A DNA stretch of 64,000 bases from Eledone cirrhosa (GCA_964016885.1 OZ024748.1:53692001-53756000); one strand, 5' to 3'; shown: positions 25,658 through 40,287, counted from the stretch's first letter. A program made the numbers and translations. The notes: generated by a model from the letters alone, not told the origin.

Positions 25658-26167
25658 TATATATATATATATATGATAGATAGATACCTGCAGCATAATA
25701 CTCTCACACTTACATAACTCCATAACAAACATACACACAGCCACAGCAATAACAACAACAACACTAACTACAACAACCATAACAAAAACATGAGTCTGAA
25801 ACAATATTTGAATTGCATATATACCTATTTCCATAAAAGGAATGTACAATTTAGGAGAGGTATGAAATTGAGATGGTTATTATAGAATGGGCGGTAATAT
25901 CAAAGTAAGCTAGAAATTGATAAAAACACTACAAAATAAGTTATTTATCCAATGATTTGAAAATTGATGTGTATATATCGATACTATATCAGTAATCAAT
26001 GAATATGTGAATAAGCATCTTCACTGTTGGTCTTTCTATATTTGCTCTGAATATTAACTTTCTAAAAGTCTTTTGAGACCACCACCTTTCCATACCTAAT
26101 CCCTCCATCCATGCCCTGCCACCTTTTTATTATTATATAGACTTAATATGTAACAATAGTACATGGT

Positions 26168-26224
<57 letters not shown>

Positions 26225-26246
26225 TTATATATATATTTATATATAT

Positions 26247-26282
<36 letters not shown>

Positions 26283-26600
26283 GTACATGCATATAAATAT
26301 TTTAGATATATATTATATATTTTATATATATAAGTATTATATGTATATATATAAAATAGAGAGAGAGAGAGATATATCATCATCATCATAATCACCGTTT
26401 AACATCCATTTTCCACGCTAGTATGGGTTATAATATCTAAAGACATCGAATATAGCATAAACCCTAAATCTAAATAATAACATATCGAATATGAAAAAAA
26501 AATTAAATAAATACTACAACCCCTCCCCACTTAAAAGGAATAATATACATTTGTATATATATTCAGCACATGTATGTATGTATGTATGTATGTATGTATG

Positions 26601-26631
<31 letters not shown>

Positions 26632-26683
26632 CATCATCATCATCATCATCGTTTAACGTCCATGTTCCACGCTTGCATGGGTT

Positions 26684-26722
<39 letters not shown>

Positions 26723-26844
26723 AAATATATATATGTGTGTGTGTGTGAATACACACACACATATATACATATGCCCCCCCACACACAAACACACACATAT
26801 ATATATATACATATGCACACACACACACACATATGTATACATAT

Positions 26845-26883
<39 letters not shown>

Positions 26884-27636
26884 TACATATATAAGTAACC
26901 AACAGTAACCAAATATATGTTATTATAAAAGGAATTTGCTTTTATTTTATGAATGTGGCAATGTTCCTACATTATATTATATAAGCCAATCATCTAAAGA
27001 TACTCCAATATAACACAAAGAACATGAAGAACTCTTTGATGAGACTTTCAGAAAACTATCTATCTGAACACAACATTGACAATGATATGATATAAGAAAC
27101 AATGAAACATTCCTTTCACAGGGTTTTCCTAACCCTTTTGCTACCAGATCACTCCAAGCAACCACTGATCCTATGAAACAAACAACCCTATTTTAAAGGG
27201 TTCTGTTTTTAATGAAAATCTCCCCACTCCAATTTTGCACTGATTCTATGAAGTAAAACAGCTCTCTTAAAGGGTTCCTATTTAAATAAAATGTTCTGCC
27301 CCTGATGCTGCAATTATAAGGATCAGTGTCATGGCTGAAGGGCCTTGTTGGAAGCAGAAGGGCCAAGTGACGTAATGTAATGTAATGGGAAGTAAGACGT
27401 AGCAACACATTTGTGGGTTTCTCTCTTGCTATTGGTCAGTTGGGAAGAAGCAGGATGTGTTTATGCTCCTTGTGCTTAAGGTTGTATGTATATACCTTCT
27501 GACCAGAGGGTATTGGCAGTCAGGGTGCTTTCAAATGTTTGGACATACCATGATGTATGTGAGCTATGTCCTTCTCCTCAATAATTTTAATGAATCCCTC
27601 CAAATTTGTCATTAATTAATTCATTAAAATAGAGTG

Positions 27637-27833
27637 TATGAGGGTTTGCTGAAAAGTTCATAGGCTGACCAAGATACTCTCATGGATTGACCAAATGAGG
27701 TTCATTTTTCAACATAGTCTCTGGAAAGAAACAATGCAGTTAAGTTAGAGTTGAAATTAATGCATGTAAAGTTTCACAGCTCTAGCATCACTCCTTCATA
27801 GTCAGCCTATGAACCTTTCAATCGACCCTTATA
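27637..27833. mobile_element. mariner-type MITE
   Basis: TIRs ta-tgagggtttgctgaaaagttcataggctgac and gtcagcctatgaacctttcaatcgaccctta-ta. Confidence 0.8.
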
Positions 27834-28016
27834 TGTAATTAGAAGTATGGTCACAAATGGGTTAGCATCCATAAAATCCCAAATTATTTCTTTATAAGAT
27901 AGACCAACTCATGAAGAAGTCCCTAGGAGTACGTAAAAGACACAATACTAAGCTACCATAAACAATGTTTTATCTCAATATAAAGCCAATATAGAAATAC
28001 AATCAATCAAAATATA

Positions 28017-28220
28017 AAATATTGGTCACTCTCCGACAGGTTTATGGTTGAGCCCATAGCAGTGGAGACTTCTGGTGTTCTTGGCCCTAGGGCGACCTCC
28101 CTACTCACCACCATCGACACAGAGTTGGCTACCCACAGGTGTGAGCCACAAAAGCTGGAATGGCTCTTCTAACACGTGTCCCTCATCACCATCCAGAGAA
28201 ATACCTTCTTTATTCTAGGG
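28017..28220 (+). mobile_element. Relic of a CRE-like (restriction-like endonuclease) non-LTR retrotransposon C-terminus
   Basis: Manual translation: KYWSLSDRFMVEPIAVETSGVLGPRATSLLTTIDTELATHRCEPQKLEWLF*HVSLITIQRNTFFIL. Confidence 0.7.
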
Positions 28221-28404
28221 AAGTTATGTCCCTGGTATAGTGGAAGAATCTTCCTGCCTCTTTGCTTTGCAGCTTTTCCATGGTTGGATGTACTTCCTAT
28301 CACCAACCACTTTACAGAGTATACTGAGTGATCGTTTATGTGAGTGTATGTTCTGTATATATATGTATGTGTTTATATTTGTCTTTATGTTTATGTCATG
28401 TAAC

Positions 28405-28904
28405 TTAACCCGTCAGCATTTAAACCAGCCATAACCAACTGCTCATACTTATGTTAACACTTTTCTCTATATATACTATTATATGTACTATTATATTTTG
28501 ATGTTAAAGGCTTTACCTCACATAGTATAGAATCTATGAGATTTTGATATTCTTTATTTTGAGAAAAATATCCAAACGTTGGTATGAGTGGCTAGTTACA
28601 GCCAGTTTAAACAGAAAGAGGTGAGAGAATTCTGGCCAGATACGGCTGGTTTAAATGCTAAAGGGTTAAGATATTGTTCTCAAAGTAAATAATATCAAAA
28701 TATCATAGATTCAATATTATGTGAGGTAAAGCCTTTACCATGAAAATATAATTGTTTCTACTATTGGCACAAGGCCAGAAATTACCCAGTACATTACTGG
28801 TACTTTATTTTATCGACCCCGTAAGGATGAAAGGCAAAGTTAACCTCGGTGGGATTTGAACTCAGAATAGTATATATACAGTAATATAAATGTTAAAGAG
28901 TTAA
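28405..28904. mobile_element. Nested piggyBac-type MITEs (inner inverted copy 28454-28669) plus a SINE A fragment at 28750-28866
   Basis: TTAA at 28405, 28454, 28666 and 28901; alignment to 11475-11702. Confidence 0.7.
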
Positions 28905-29329
28905 TGATAGGACAAAAAAAAAAAAAGAAAACAGATTGGTAAATTAAGTATCTGACTAGAAAAATATAAGTACCAGGATTTATGAGATCGAATAAATCAA
29001 AGTGGTGCCCCAGTATGGCCTCATGCTAATCACTGAAACCATTTAAAGAACAAAAGAATATATTCCATTACAAAACACAGCAACACTCTAATGAATATAC
29101 GCAACCCTACTACAACACATTAACACAGAGTTTAACACCTTAATTGGCAGGAGATTTCAGTTGACACAATACATTCTGATAGATAAACAATACTGGTAAC
29201 ACTACAACTGGCATAATGGCATCACAATTAAACTTTCTTCACAGTTTAAATATCCTCCCCACATATACATACAACACACTCCACATACCTCACACTGTTA
29301 ACTACAGCTAGTAATTACCAACAACACGA

Positions 29330-29750
29330 TCACCACCACTACTACATCCATCACCTACATTACTACCACCACCACCACCCCTATCACCACCAGCACAACC
29401 ATTACCACCATCTCCACTCACCACCATCACCGCCACCATCAACCCTCAACATCACCACCGCCACCATCAACCCTCAACACCATCACCACCACCATCACCC
29501 CTCACCACCATCACCACCACCATCACCGTGACGTTCACCTCCACCATCACCCCTCACCACCACCTCCACCATCACCTCCACCATCACCATAACTACAACC
29601 AGCATCACCTCCACTATCATCACCAATATTATCACCATAACCACTACCATTACCACCAACACCACCACCATCATCACCCAACCACCATCATCATCACCAC
29701 CCCTCCCCATCACCCCATCACCACCACCATCACTTCTCACCACCACACCA
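29330..29750. repeat. (CAC/CAT)n low-complexity tract
   Basis: Direct reading. Confidence 0.9.
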
Positions 29751-29999
29751 TATTTTACTTCCAAACACTTAATTATCTCAACCACATGACAAATACTTCT
29801 CCAGCCCTCACCACACAACCTCTTCATTATCATCACAACTCACAAATCAATGAACAAAGCAAAATCACTTTCACAAGCTTCAAAATATTCTAGTCCTGTA
29901 GAAGCCATATATATATTAAATTTGATATACATACACATATATATATATAGTGACGGAACATAAGTCAATTGCATGAACTCATAATCCTTTATTTACTCT

Positions 30000-30378
30000 C
30001 ATCGCCGTTTTACGTCCGTTCTTCCACGCTAGCATGGGTTAGACGGCTTGTCCTGTTGTGGGCAATATCCGGTCAGCTGACCCTGTCTTGCTCATATGGG
30101 AACTGATTCTGGCTTGATTTCTACAGCTGGATGCCCTTCCTAACACCAACATCGTTTACAGTGAGTGGTGGGTGCTTTTTTGCCGTGGCACCTTCACGAC
30201 CACTTTACAGTGGAATGATAGGGATCCCAGTCCCTATCATCTTTTCTACATTTCTACAGCTGAGTAAACTGGAGCAATGTGAAATAAAGTGTCTTGCTCA
30301 AGGAAACAACACATCACCCGGTCTGAGAATTGAACTCACAACCTTTCGATTGCAAGCCCAATGCTCTAACCACAAAGC
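30000..30378 (-). mobile_element. Type B SINE
   Basis: Reverse complement of the 25217-25535 family. Confidence 0.85.
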
Positions 30379-30410
<32 letters not shown>

Positions 30411-32361
30411 ATATTTGGGGAGGGTCATATTGTTATAATATTGCCAAAAATAATAATAAAACATGCTCACTGTTTGGTTTGGATTGGTTTTCGTTTCTGT
30501 ATCTTTTATATCTCCATAGTTAATTTATCTGGCAATCAATGTTTATCATTGATTGACCAAGGATAAAAATACAGATATAAATATATATATATATATATAT
30601 AGTCTATCAAAGTTCTTTTGTCACAGATCTGTGACATCATCAGTGGTACTAATGTTTCCTCCCATTGTATTGTAATGTCTATGCCATTTTTATTTTATTT
30701 ATTTATCTATTCTTGTCTCTGTTTCTGTTTGCGCATGCGTTTCCGTGTGTGTTTTCTGTTTGGTGAAAAGCGGACGTAAAATGATGATGATATATATATA
30801 TATATATATCATCATCATTTAACGTCTGTCTTCCTCGCTAGCATGCGTCTAGACGGGAATTGTCTCATTTGAGGTAAGATTGGTCGGGTGATCGTGTCTC
30901 ACTCGTATAGGACTGTCTGGCAGGTTTTCTACGGCTGGATGCCCTTCCCCTAATACCATATATATATATATATATAACCATCATTCTATCTAAGAACCTT
31001 TATGTTTGGTTCCAAAAATGAACTTAATTCTGAAAAAATTACTTGCTGTATATATTCAAATATAAGCTGAGGAATGTGACCAAAAAACTCAATGGAAAAA
31101 AGGGGGAGTATTAGATTGTTGACCAGTTCTTATTGGATACTGTCACCATTGTTCAGAGAATAGTATTGGTCCAGTGCAAGGCCTGTCTTCATTTAAAAAG
31201 CTTTAAGTACAGGCCTCACTTGATCTAAACAACTTCCTTGTCTCTTGTGTGACGATGGTCTTTTCTTTTTTCTTTTGCTGTAGCCTATGCAGAAATGAAT
31301 CTAAGTCCTTGGCAGGGCTAAAAGGTCAAATTTGTACCAGCCATGTTTGAGAAATAGGTCAAGTGACGGCAATTCTTGAAACTGAGATGCAGCTTTTATT
31401 ACACCTCCTCCTCATCATCATCATCTTACTCCTCCTCTCTTCCTCCTCTTTCTCTTCTTCCTCTCCTCCTCTTCCTTTTCTTCCTCTTCCACATCTTCCC
31501 GCACCCCATCCACCTCACCCTCTTCACACTCCTTTCTTTTCCTCCTCATCCTCTCCATCCTTCTTCCCTTTCTTCATCCTCATCCTATACCTAACACCAT
31601 AAATAAAATCTGAAGTACCCAACAAATTATCTCTAGGCCTAGGGTGCGATGGTGTTGGGGCTGCACCCCACAGACAAGATAGCAAAAGTATTTCCGTAGA
31701 CAATGGCCAATGACACCTGTTGCAACAGCCAAAATTATATGAAAAATCATAGGCAGTGTCTTTCATTAGAAATATGAAAATGAAGAGGGTTAACTTGTAT
31801 CTACAGGATCTTTCTCCAATCACAAACTATGTACACAGCACTGTATTTTGCTCTCACCATTCTACTGATATATAACTTTACAACTGTTCCAATTTGACAT
31901 AAAATACATACAAGAACATGGCTCCAAATTGTCTAAATATAGCAGCTATGAAAACCATTCTCTTACATGTTACCAATAATGACAATGGACATCAAATACC
32001 ACCAACCATTAAACACCACAATGTGAATATATCATATTTACAAAAGAGAAAATTACAAGAAAATTACATGCAATGTTTCAGCATTGTTCAAAGCATATCT
32101 AGATGAAAACATATCAACTATTTGTCATTCTATCTATACTAACACTAATCCAAATACTATTTCTAATTCTTACTCTAATTTTAATCTCTACATTAACTCT
32201 CACACACTCATCTTTCTTCACTTCTACCTTCACCTAAATCAAACATTTTGGACCACCGCCACCCCTCACAACCATGTAATACCCTCAGCGCTCCCCAACC
32301 CTATTTCCAAAGAGACCTGCCTATATGCAAATTGTAAATAATATATAATAAATAAAATCAT

Positions 32362-32535
32362 TATCGTATTTCCTGGCGTTGAAGACGCTGCTTTTTTCCT
32401 TAAAATAAGTCTCAAAAATCTACCACACGTCCTAGAGACCAAAGTATGTTTATCATTTTTTTTCCAAATTTTGGGTTGTCAAAATTAGGGTGCGTCCTCG
32501 AGGACAAAGTATCTTCAGCGCCGGGAAATACGGTA
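32362..32535. mobile_element. Tc2/pogo-type MITE (CCGTA-type TIR, TA TSD)
   Basis: ta-tcgtatttcctggcgttgaagac and tcttcagcgccgggaaatacgg-ta; copies at 45699-45841 and 56452-56622. Confidence 0.8.
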
Positions 32536-33149
32536 ATTTATGATAACATAATATATACTATGTATAAATAAATATATATATTTTTTTATTTTGCTATATT
32601 TATATATATGTATCATTTGTTATTTAATATACTATTATATCATCTCTACCACCCCCTTAGGCCCCAGCGACCCCTGGACCTTCTCAACACCCCCTGGGGA
32701 CAGTAGCACCCACTTTCAGAACCTCTGACCTAAACGTCAATAAAACACAAAACATATACTGCTTTTTAAACAAGTTTTATCTCATTTATTGTATTATATT
32801 ATATTTTAACTTCTCCCTCTCAGGTCCCTGTAGCTTACTCTTCTTACCTTGTCCTGAACTCCATGTACTATGGAAAACTACACAATCCACTATATATTCT
32901 ATTTCAGTTAATTAATTCAGTTAATTAATAAACACATTTTAGAGATAATAACTTAACAGATAGTTCTTATATAAAATTATGTTGGCAGATTTTAAATCAA
33001 ATAGGAACCATTTAAAATGGGTGGTTTAGTTTCATTGAACAAAAGCTGGTTTGGGTGAGGCTGGTAGCAAAATGGTTAAAGAAAGCAAAACAATAGAAAA
33101 GCACTATATTTGTCCAAGAAATAGCAACATTAGTGTAAATATGGTAAAA

Positions 33150-33475
33150 ACCTCCTTTGATTATGAATGACCATGGGATTTGTACCTAGAAAGTTCCCCT
33201 CTGAGGCACAAGTCTGGGCAAGGTTATTTGTGAAAGACCAGCAATCACCCATACATATCAGTCTCCCCTCTCCATGCCACTGATGTTGTCCAAGGGAAAG
33301 GCAATGGCCTGTACAGCTTGGCACTAGTGATGTCACAACCTCTCTGAGTGAACTGTAGCAACGTGAAATAAAGTATCTTGCTCAAGGACACAATGTATCA
33401 ACCAGTTCAGGAATTGAACTTACAACCTCACAATTGCAACCCAATGCTCTAACTACTAAGCCATGTGCCTTCACA
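33150..33475 (-). mobile_element. CORE-like SINE
   Basis: Reverse complement of the 20733-21030 family plus a tRNA-like head. Confidence 0.75.
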
Positions 33476-33919
33476 TTAGTGTACAAATAATCTTAAATAT
33501 ACTCTTTTTGACACTATTTTCAGTGAATTTAGTCAATCATATCAAGTGTTGAAGACATGATATATGCACCCAGTACACTCTGTAAAGTAGTTGGTGATAG
33601 GAAAAACAGCCAGCAGCAGAAACGATGCCATACACTTAAATGTATGAAGAATAGTCTCTGAAGCCAAGTAAGAACATCCAAAAGGTGTTATTACATTTGA
33701 CTTCTTTACACTACTATTTAAAGATGAAGAATAATTAAATTAATATGACAGACAGATTTTATGTTATATATATATATATATATATATAAATTAATATGAC
33801 AGATTTTATGTTATATATATATATTATATATATATACATACATATAAATTAATATAATAGATTTTATGTTACATACATATATATACAGATATATACAGAT
33901 ATATACATATATATAAATC

Positions 33920-34045
33920 AGGATGGATTAAGTTAGAAACTGGTTAGACCATTACTCACCAGAGTACTCAATACTTGAGGTAGAGTATGGTTATATGAAT
34001 GAGTCAGAACCCCGACGGCTGAGCTCTTGCCATTTCAACATCTAG
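33920..34045 (-). mobile_element. Non-palindromic relative of the 23857 element
   Basis: Minus strand gaaatggcaagagctcagccgtcggggttc...actctacctcaagtattgagtact; similar piece at 44105-44230 (+). Confidence 0.7.
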
Positions 34046-34106
34046 TTATGACACATTCATATATATATATGTATGTGTATGTGTGTGTGTATACATATAT
34101 ATCATA

Positions 34107-34852
34107 GATTGGCAGTATTGATAGAGGGCCGGATGCCATGCTTTGCAGTGAAGTGTTATGGTCCTTTATGATCTGAGTTCAAATTCTGCCGAGGTTAACT
34201 TTGCCTTTCATCCTTACGGGATCGATAAAATAAAGTACCAGTAATACACTGGGATAATTGCTGGCCTTGTGCCAAAAGTAGAAAGAGAGTCGGATGCCAT
34301 GCTTTCCAGCATATTTTTACGTCCTTTTACGGTCTGAGTTCAAATCCCGCCGAGGTTGACTTTGCCTTTCATCCTTACGGGGTCGATAAAATAAAGTACC
34401 AGTAATACACTGGGTAATTGCTGGCCTTGTGCCTAAAGTAGAAACAATTATAATTTAACATCTATTTTCCATGCTAAAATGGGTGAGAAGGGTTTGTCCT
34501 ATTAGAGGCAAGTCGGGTCAGGTGACCATGTCTTGCTCATATAGGACTGTTTCTGGTTAGATTTCTACAGGTGGATGCCCTTCCTAGCTCCAACCACATT
34601 TACAGAGTGTGCTGGGTGCTTCTCGCCGTGTCTTGACCACTTAAGAGTGTGAGCTGATATATAATTGTTTCTACTTTTTTGCACAAGGCCAGCAATTATC
34701 CCAGTACATTACTGGTACTTTATTTTATCGACCCCATAAGGATGAAAAACAAAGTTAACCTCGGCGGGATTTGAACTCATAATGGCAAGGGCCGTAACTC
34801 TATGCATCAAAACATGGCGTTCGACCCTCTACCGATATTGCCAATCCACCGC
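34107..34852. mobile_element. SINE cluster: type A dimer (+, 34107-34450), RTE-tailed SINE (-), type A (-, 34661-34852)
   Basis: Same diagnostic blocks as the other copies. Confidence 0.85.
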
Positions 34853-35068
34853 CTGATATATATAATGATATGCAGATGTTATAGGTATGATGTTTTCTGT
34901 AAATAATTGGTGATCAACTGATTCTGATTAACTTATGTTTACATATGCATGTACCATTGTCACCTGTATCGAAACACAGGCAGACATTAAAGACTGGCTT
35001 TAAGTTGTTAACCTTACTTTTTCTTAATCTTATATATACATATATATGTCCCTCTCTCTCTCTCTCTT

Positions 35069-35107
<39 letters not shown>

Positions 35108-35126
35108 TTGTGTGTCTCTCTCTCTT

Positions 35127-35159
<33 letters not shown>

Positions 35160-35639
35160 GTGTGGGGGGGGGGGGTACTCAATACATTAGTAGAGTGTAT
35201 ATAATAAATTTTATATAGAAATGGCTTCTACCGGACTAGTACTGTTTCATTCGAAGGAAATCATCATTTCTATATTAAATTTGTTATATATCATACATAT
35301 ATATGTATATATATCATACATATATATGTATATATATCATACATATATATGTATATATATCATACATATATATGTATATATATCATACATATATATGTAT
35401 GTTTATCATACATGTATATATGTATATATAACATATATATATGTATATATATATATCATATATATGTATATATGTATTATCATATATATATATATATATG
35501 TATATATATATCATCTATATATATGCATATATATCATATATATGTATATATATCATATATATGTATATATATCATATATATCATACATATATGTGCATAT
35601 ATATATATGTGTATATATCATACATATATATGTATATAT

Positions 35640-35717
<78 letters not shown>

Positions 35718-35946
35718 AGCATAAATAGCTGCACTGCATAGTTATACACATGCTTACAGGCATACTATACATGTACAGTTTTTGTATATGTCACTGTCTG
35801 TGTGTGCATCAGATGCACTTGCATGTTTGTGGTGGGTGTCAGTGTGAGTAGACTTTACTACTTTTTCTAATATCCCCCCCCTTGCTCTTTTTTCTCTGCT
35901 CAATTTCTTATACTGCTCAGTACTTAATACCAAAAGGAGAAATTCC

Positions 35947-35997
<51 letters not shown>

Positions 35998-36046
35998 ATA
36001 CTTAACACCTTTCGTAACTGTACCCCTTGTTGTTGTTATTTACTTT

Positions 36047-36095
<49 letters not shown>

Positions 36096-36147
36096 TTTAT
36101 TTATATATATATGTGTATATATTTATATACATATATTTATATTTATA

Positions 36148-36197
<50 letters not shown>

Positions 36198-36472
36198 TTT
36201 ATTTATATATATATGTATATATAATTATATACATATATTTATTTATATATATATGTATATATAATTATATACATATATTTATTTATATATATATGTATAT
36301 ATAATTATATACATATATTTATATATATATATATATATGCATATACACATATATACATATATTTATATATATATATATATACATATATTCATATATAAAT
36401 ATATGTATAAATATATGTATATATGTGTGTATATATATATAAAAAATAAATATACACATATATACATATATT

Positions 36473-36503
<31 letters not shown>

Positions 36504-37510
36504 ATATATACACACACATACATACATATATTTATACATATATTTATATATACATATATATATTGAAAATCCGATAGACATGCTACTTCCCTGCCACCCT
36601 TACACCACCCCATTTTTTTTTTGTTGGTTTGTTTTTCTTTTGTCTTCTGCATCTCTACTTTCCTCTTCCTCCTTTTCATCATCATCTTCATAAAAAAAAA
36701 TCTTCATTAGTTGGGTTTTTTTTTCCTTTATTGTCATTACCTACTACATAATTTTTTTTTTTCTTAGTCTCACTTCTTCATCTTCTTCTTCTTCTTCTTC
36801 TTCTTCTTCTTCTTCTTCTTCTTCTTCTTCTTCTTCTTCTTCTCTTTCTTCTTCTTCTTCTTCTCTCTCTGCCTAGCTGCCATTTGTCTCTCAGCCTTCG
36901 CCTGGATAAGGATATCACATATACTATTCTTCGGCTTCTCTGGAATTTTTCCTTGCCGTATAACAAGCAGTGGTAGAGAAAGGGTGGAGAGGAGGAGGAG
37001 GAGGAGGATGTAAAAGAGAGAGAGAGAGAGAGAGCGAGAGGGAGTGAGAGAGAGATAGACAGACAGAGAAAGAGTTAGAGAGGAAAAAAAAATCGAAAAT
37101 ATAAAGAGAGAAGGATATATTTTTATATACAATATATATATAATATAATTTATATATATATATATAGAATATATATATATATAATCAATATATATACATA
37201 TATATAGAGAGAAAGGGAGTAACAGAGAGAAAGTGAAAGAGAGAGAGAGGAGAGAGAGAGAAACAACCTCTTCTGCCTGGGCAAAAAAAAAATTAATAAT
37301 AATTGAAAGTAAAACACAAAAAAAAGGAAAATAAAAATTATACCACAAACCAATTCTACATACAAAAAGTAAAACAAAATATAACACATATATATACCCA
37401 CATATATATATACATATATACACACACACACATATATATATATATACATATACACACACATATATATAATATACACATATATATAATATATATATATATA
37501 TTATATGTAT

Positions 37511-37543
<33 letters not shown>

Positions 37544-37588
37544 ATAGTATTTATGTATATATATATATATATATCTATATATAGTATT

Positions 37589-37626
<38 letters not shown>

Positions 37627-37867
37627 ACAGGTAACATGCCAAACCAACAACAAATGTAATAACAACAATAACAGATATTAAGGAAAAATAATAAAATAAA
37701 CATACATAACATTTTATGAAACCAAAGTGTGAAAAAATATTTTTCCAAGTAAGTAGAGAGTTCCTTAAATTTCTAATATTTCTGTGTATTTATTGATGAT
37801 GTTGTAGTTATTGATATGGGTGAGGTTATTTTGATGTTGTCGTTCTTGTTATGGGTGAGGTTATTGT

Positions 37868-38485
37868 TGGGGTTGTATTAATATAGCTGTGGTAGTATGG
37901 GAGGTTGTATTAATATAGCTGTGGTAGTATGGGAGGTTGTATTAATATAGCTGTGGTAGTTTTGGAGGTTGTATTGATATAGCTGTGGTAGTTTGGGAGG
38001 TTGTATTGATATAACTGTGGTAGTTTTGGAGGTTGTATTGATATAGCTGTGGTAGTATGGGAGGTTGTATTGATATAGCTGTGGTAGTATGGGAGGTTGT
38101 ATTAATATAGCTGTGGTAGTTTTGGAGGTTGTATTGATATAACTGTGGTAGTTTGGGAGGTTGTATTAATATAGCTGTGGTAGTTTGGGAGGTTGTATTG
38201 ATATAGCTGTGGTAGTTTGGGAGGTTGTATTGATATAACTGTGGTAGTTTTGGAGGTTGTATTGATATAACTGTGGTAGTATGGGAGGTTGTATTAATAT
38301 AGCTGTGGTAGTATGGGAGGTTGTATTAATATAGCTGTGGTAGTTTTTGGAGGTTGTATTGATATAACTGTGGTAGTATGGGAGGTTGTATTAATATAGC
38401 TGTGGTAGTATGGGAGGTTGTATTAATATAGCTGTGGTAGTATGGGAGGTTGTATTAATATAGCTGTGGTAGTTTTTGGAGGGGT
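37868..38485. repeat. 32-bp minisatellite, about 19 copies
   Basis: Unit gttgtattaatatagctgtggtagtatgggag. Confidence 0.95.
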
Positions 38486-39051
38486 TGTGTTGATGATGAT
38501 GATGTAGTTGTTGTTGAAATGGCTATGGGTTGTGTTATGACTGTGGTAATTTTGGGGGTGTGTTAATATAGCTGTGGTAGTTTTGGTGGGGTTGTGTTGA
38601 TGATGATGATGTAGTTGTTGTTGGGGTTGTTGTTAATATGGCCGAGGTAATTTTAGGGGGTTGAGGGTTGGGGTTGTTGTTAATATGGCCGAGGTAATTT
38701 TGGGGGGTTGGGGTTGTTGTTAATATGGCCGAGGTAATTTTGGGGTGTTATGTTGCTTTTCTTACTGTTGTTGTAAGGGTCAGTAAGGATGGGCTTGGGT
38801 AGAGGGGTGGGATATACACATGGGAACTACTAAAGGTTGAAAAACCAATATGCAAACATACATAACATACAGGTGTACATAGAATTATCTTTAGTAACAC
38901 AAACATAAATATATATATATATATATATATACGTTTGTGTATACACACACATATAAATGTGTGTGTATACAAATATTTTTATATTATATATATGCTATGT
39001 GATAGATATATGTATATTATGTCTATTATGTGTACATATGATGTATATAAG

Positions 39052-39085
<34 letters not shown>

Positions 39086-39385
39086 CAACAAATATATGAT
39101 ATAAAAGTATATATATATATATATATATATATATACTTTTATATCATATATATGTATGTAACAAATATATGTATATTATGAATACATATGTACATATGAT
39201 ATGTATATGTCTAAATATATATATAGATAAGTATGTTTTTTAAAAATATAACTATATATATATATATATAAATATATTTACATGTATGTAATTATATATT
39301 TATATGTGAATATGTATGTGTAGGTATCTATATGGATATATATATATATGAATATGCATACATATGTATGGATATATATATATAA

Positions 39386-39433
<48 letters not shown>

Positions 39434-39543
39434 GTATGGATATATATATATATTATATTATATATATATATATATGTATGTATATGTATGTCTGTATATA
39501 TATATATATAATGTATTTTACTATATGCATGTATCTCTCTCAT

Positions 39544-39577
<34 letters not shown>

Positions 39578-40184
39578 AAAGCAAAATGTGTATAGATATC
39601 AGATATATATATATTATGTACGTGTATATGTGTGTGGTGATTTGCCAGCATTGTGAAGTTGTTTGATTAAATATACTTTGTTGTCTGTCCCAGCTCACTG
39701 CACTTTGGAGTTCAATTCTACCGAGGTGAACTTAGTCTTTCTGACTTTTGAGGTCGATAAATAAAGTAGCAGTCCAGTACTGGAGTTGATTCTCTCTTTA
39801 CAAGAAATCAGTTGTGTTCTGGAGAAGGATAGCTTCCTACATGTTTAATAGGCACAAGACGTGCTGTGTGTCGTGAGGGTCCCCTCTATGTCTACACCAA
39901 GAGTTAAGGGCCTTTTACCGACATCAGCATATATATGTCAATGAATATATATATATATATATATAATTATAATTGAATATAAAAGAGAGATAAACACAGA
40001 TATATACATATATGTGTTCAAATCATAAGGGACCAGACGATTTGAACACATATATGTATATATCTGTGTTTATACGGCTCAGAAAAATCTCTTTCCTAGA
40101 GCTATTTTATTGTAAGAGACTATTTTGAGTTTCTAACTCAATATATATCTTTGCTATATATATATATTTGTCTCCACGTGTGTA

Positions 40185-40250
40185 TTTTCTATATACTATA
40201 CATGCACCTTTGACGAGTTGTAGTGCACCTGAGCACTTTACACAATAATT

Positions 40251-40285
<35 letters not shown>
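40185..40285 (+). mobile_element. CR1-like LINE 3' UTR tip
   Basis: Matches 2860-2940. Confidence 0.8.

Positions 40286-40287
<2 letters not shown>

Noticed and set aside
36770-37642. 290-aa ORF with a poly-Lys end
   Set aside because: Mostly (TA)n, (CT)n and (GAA)n translation; no recognisable domain
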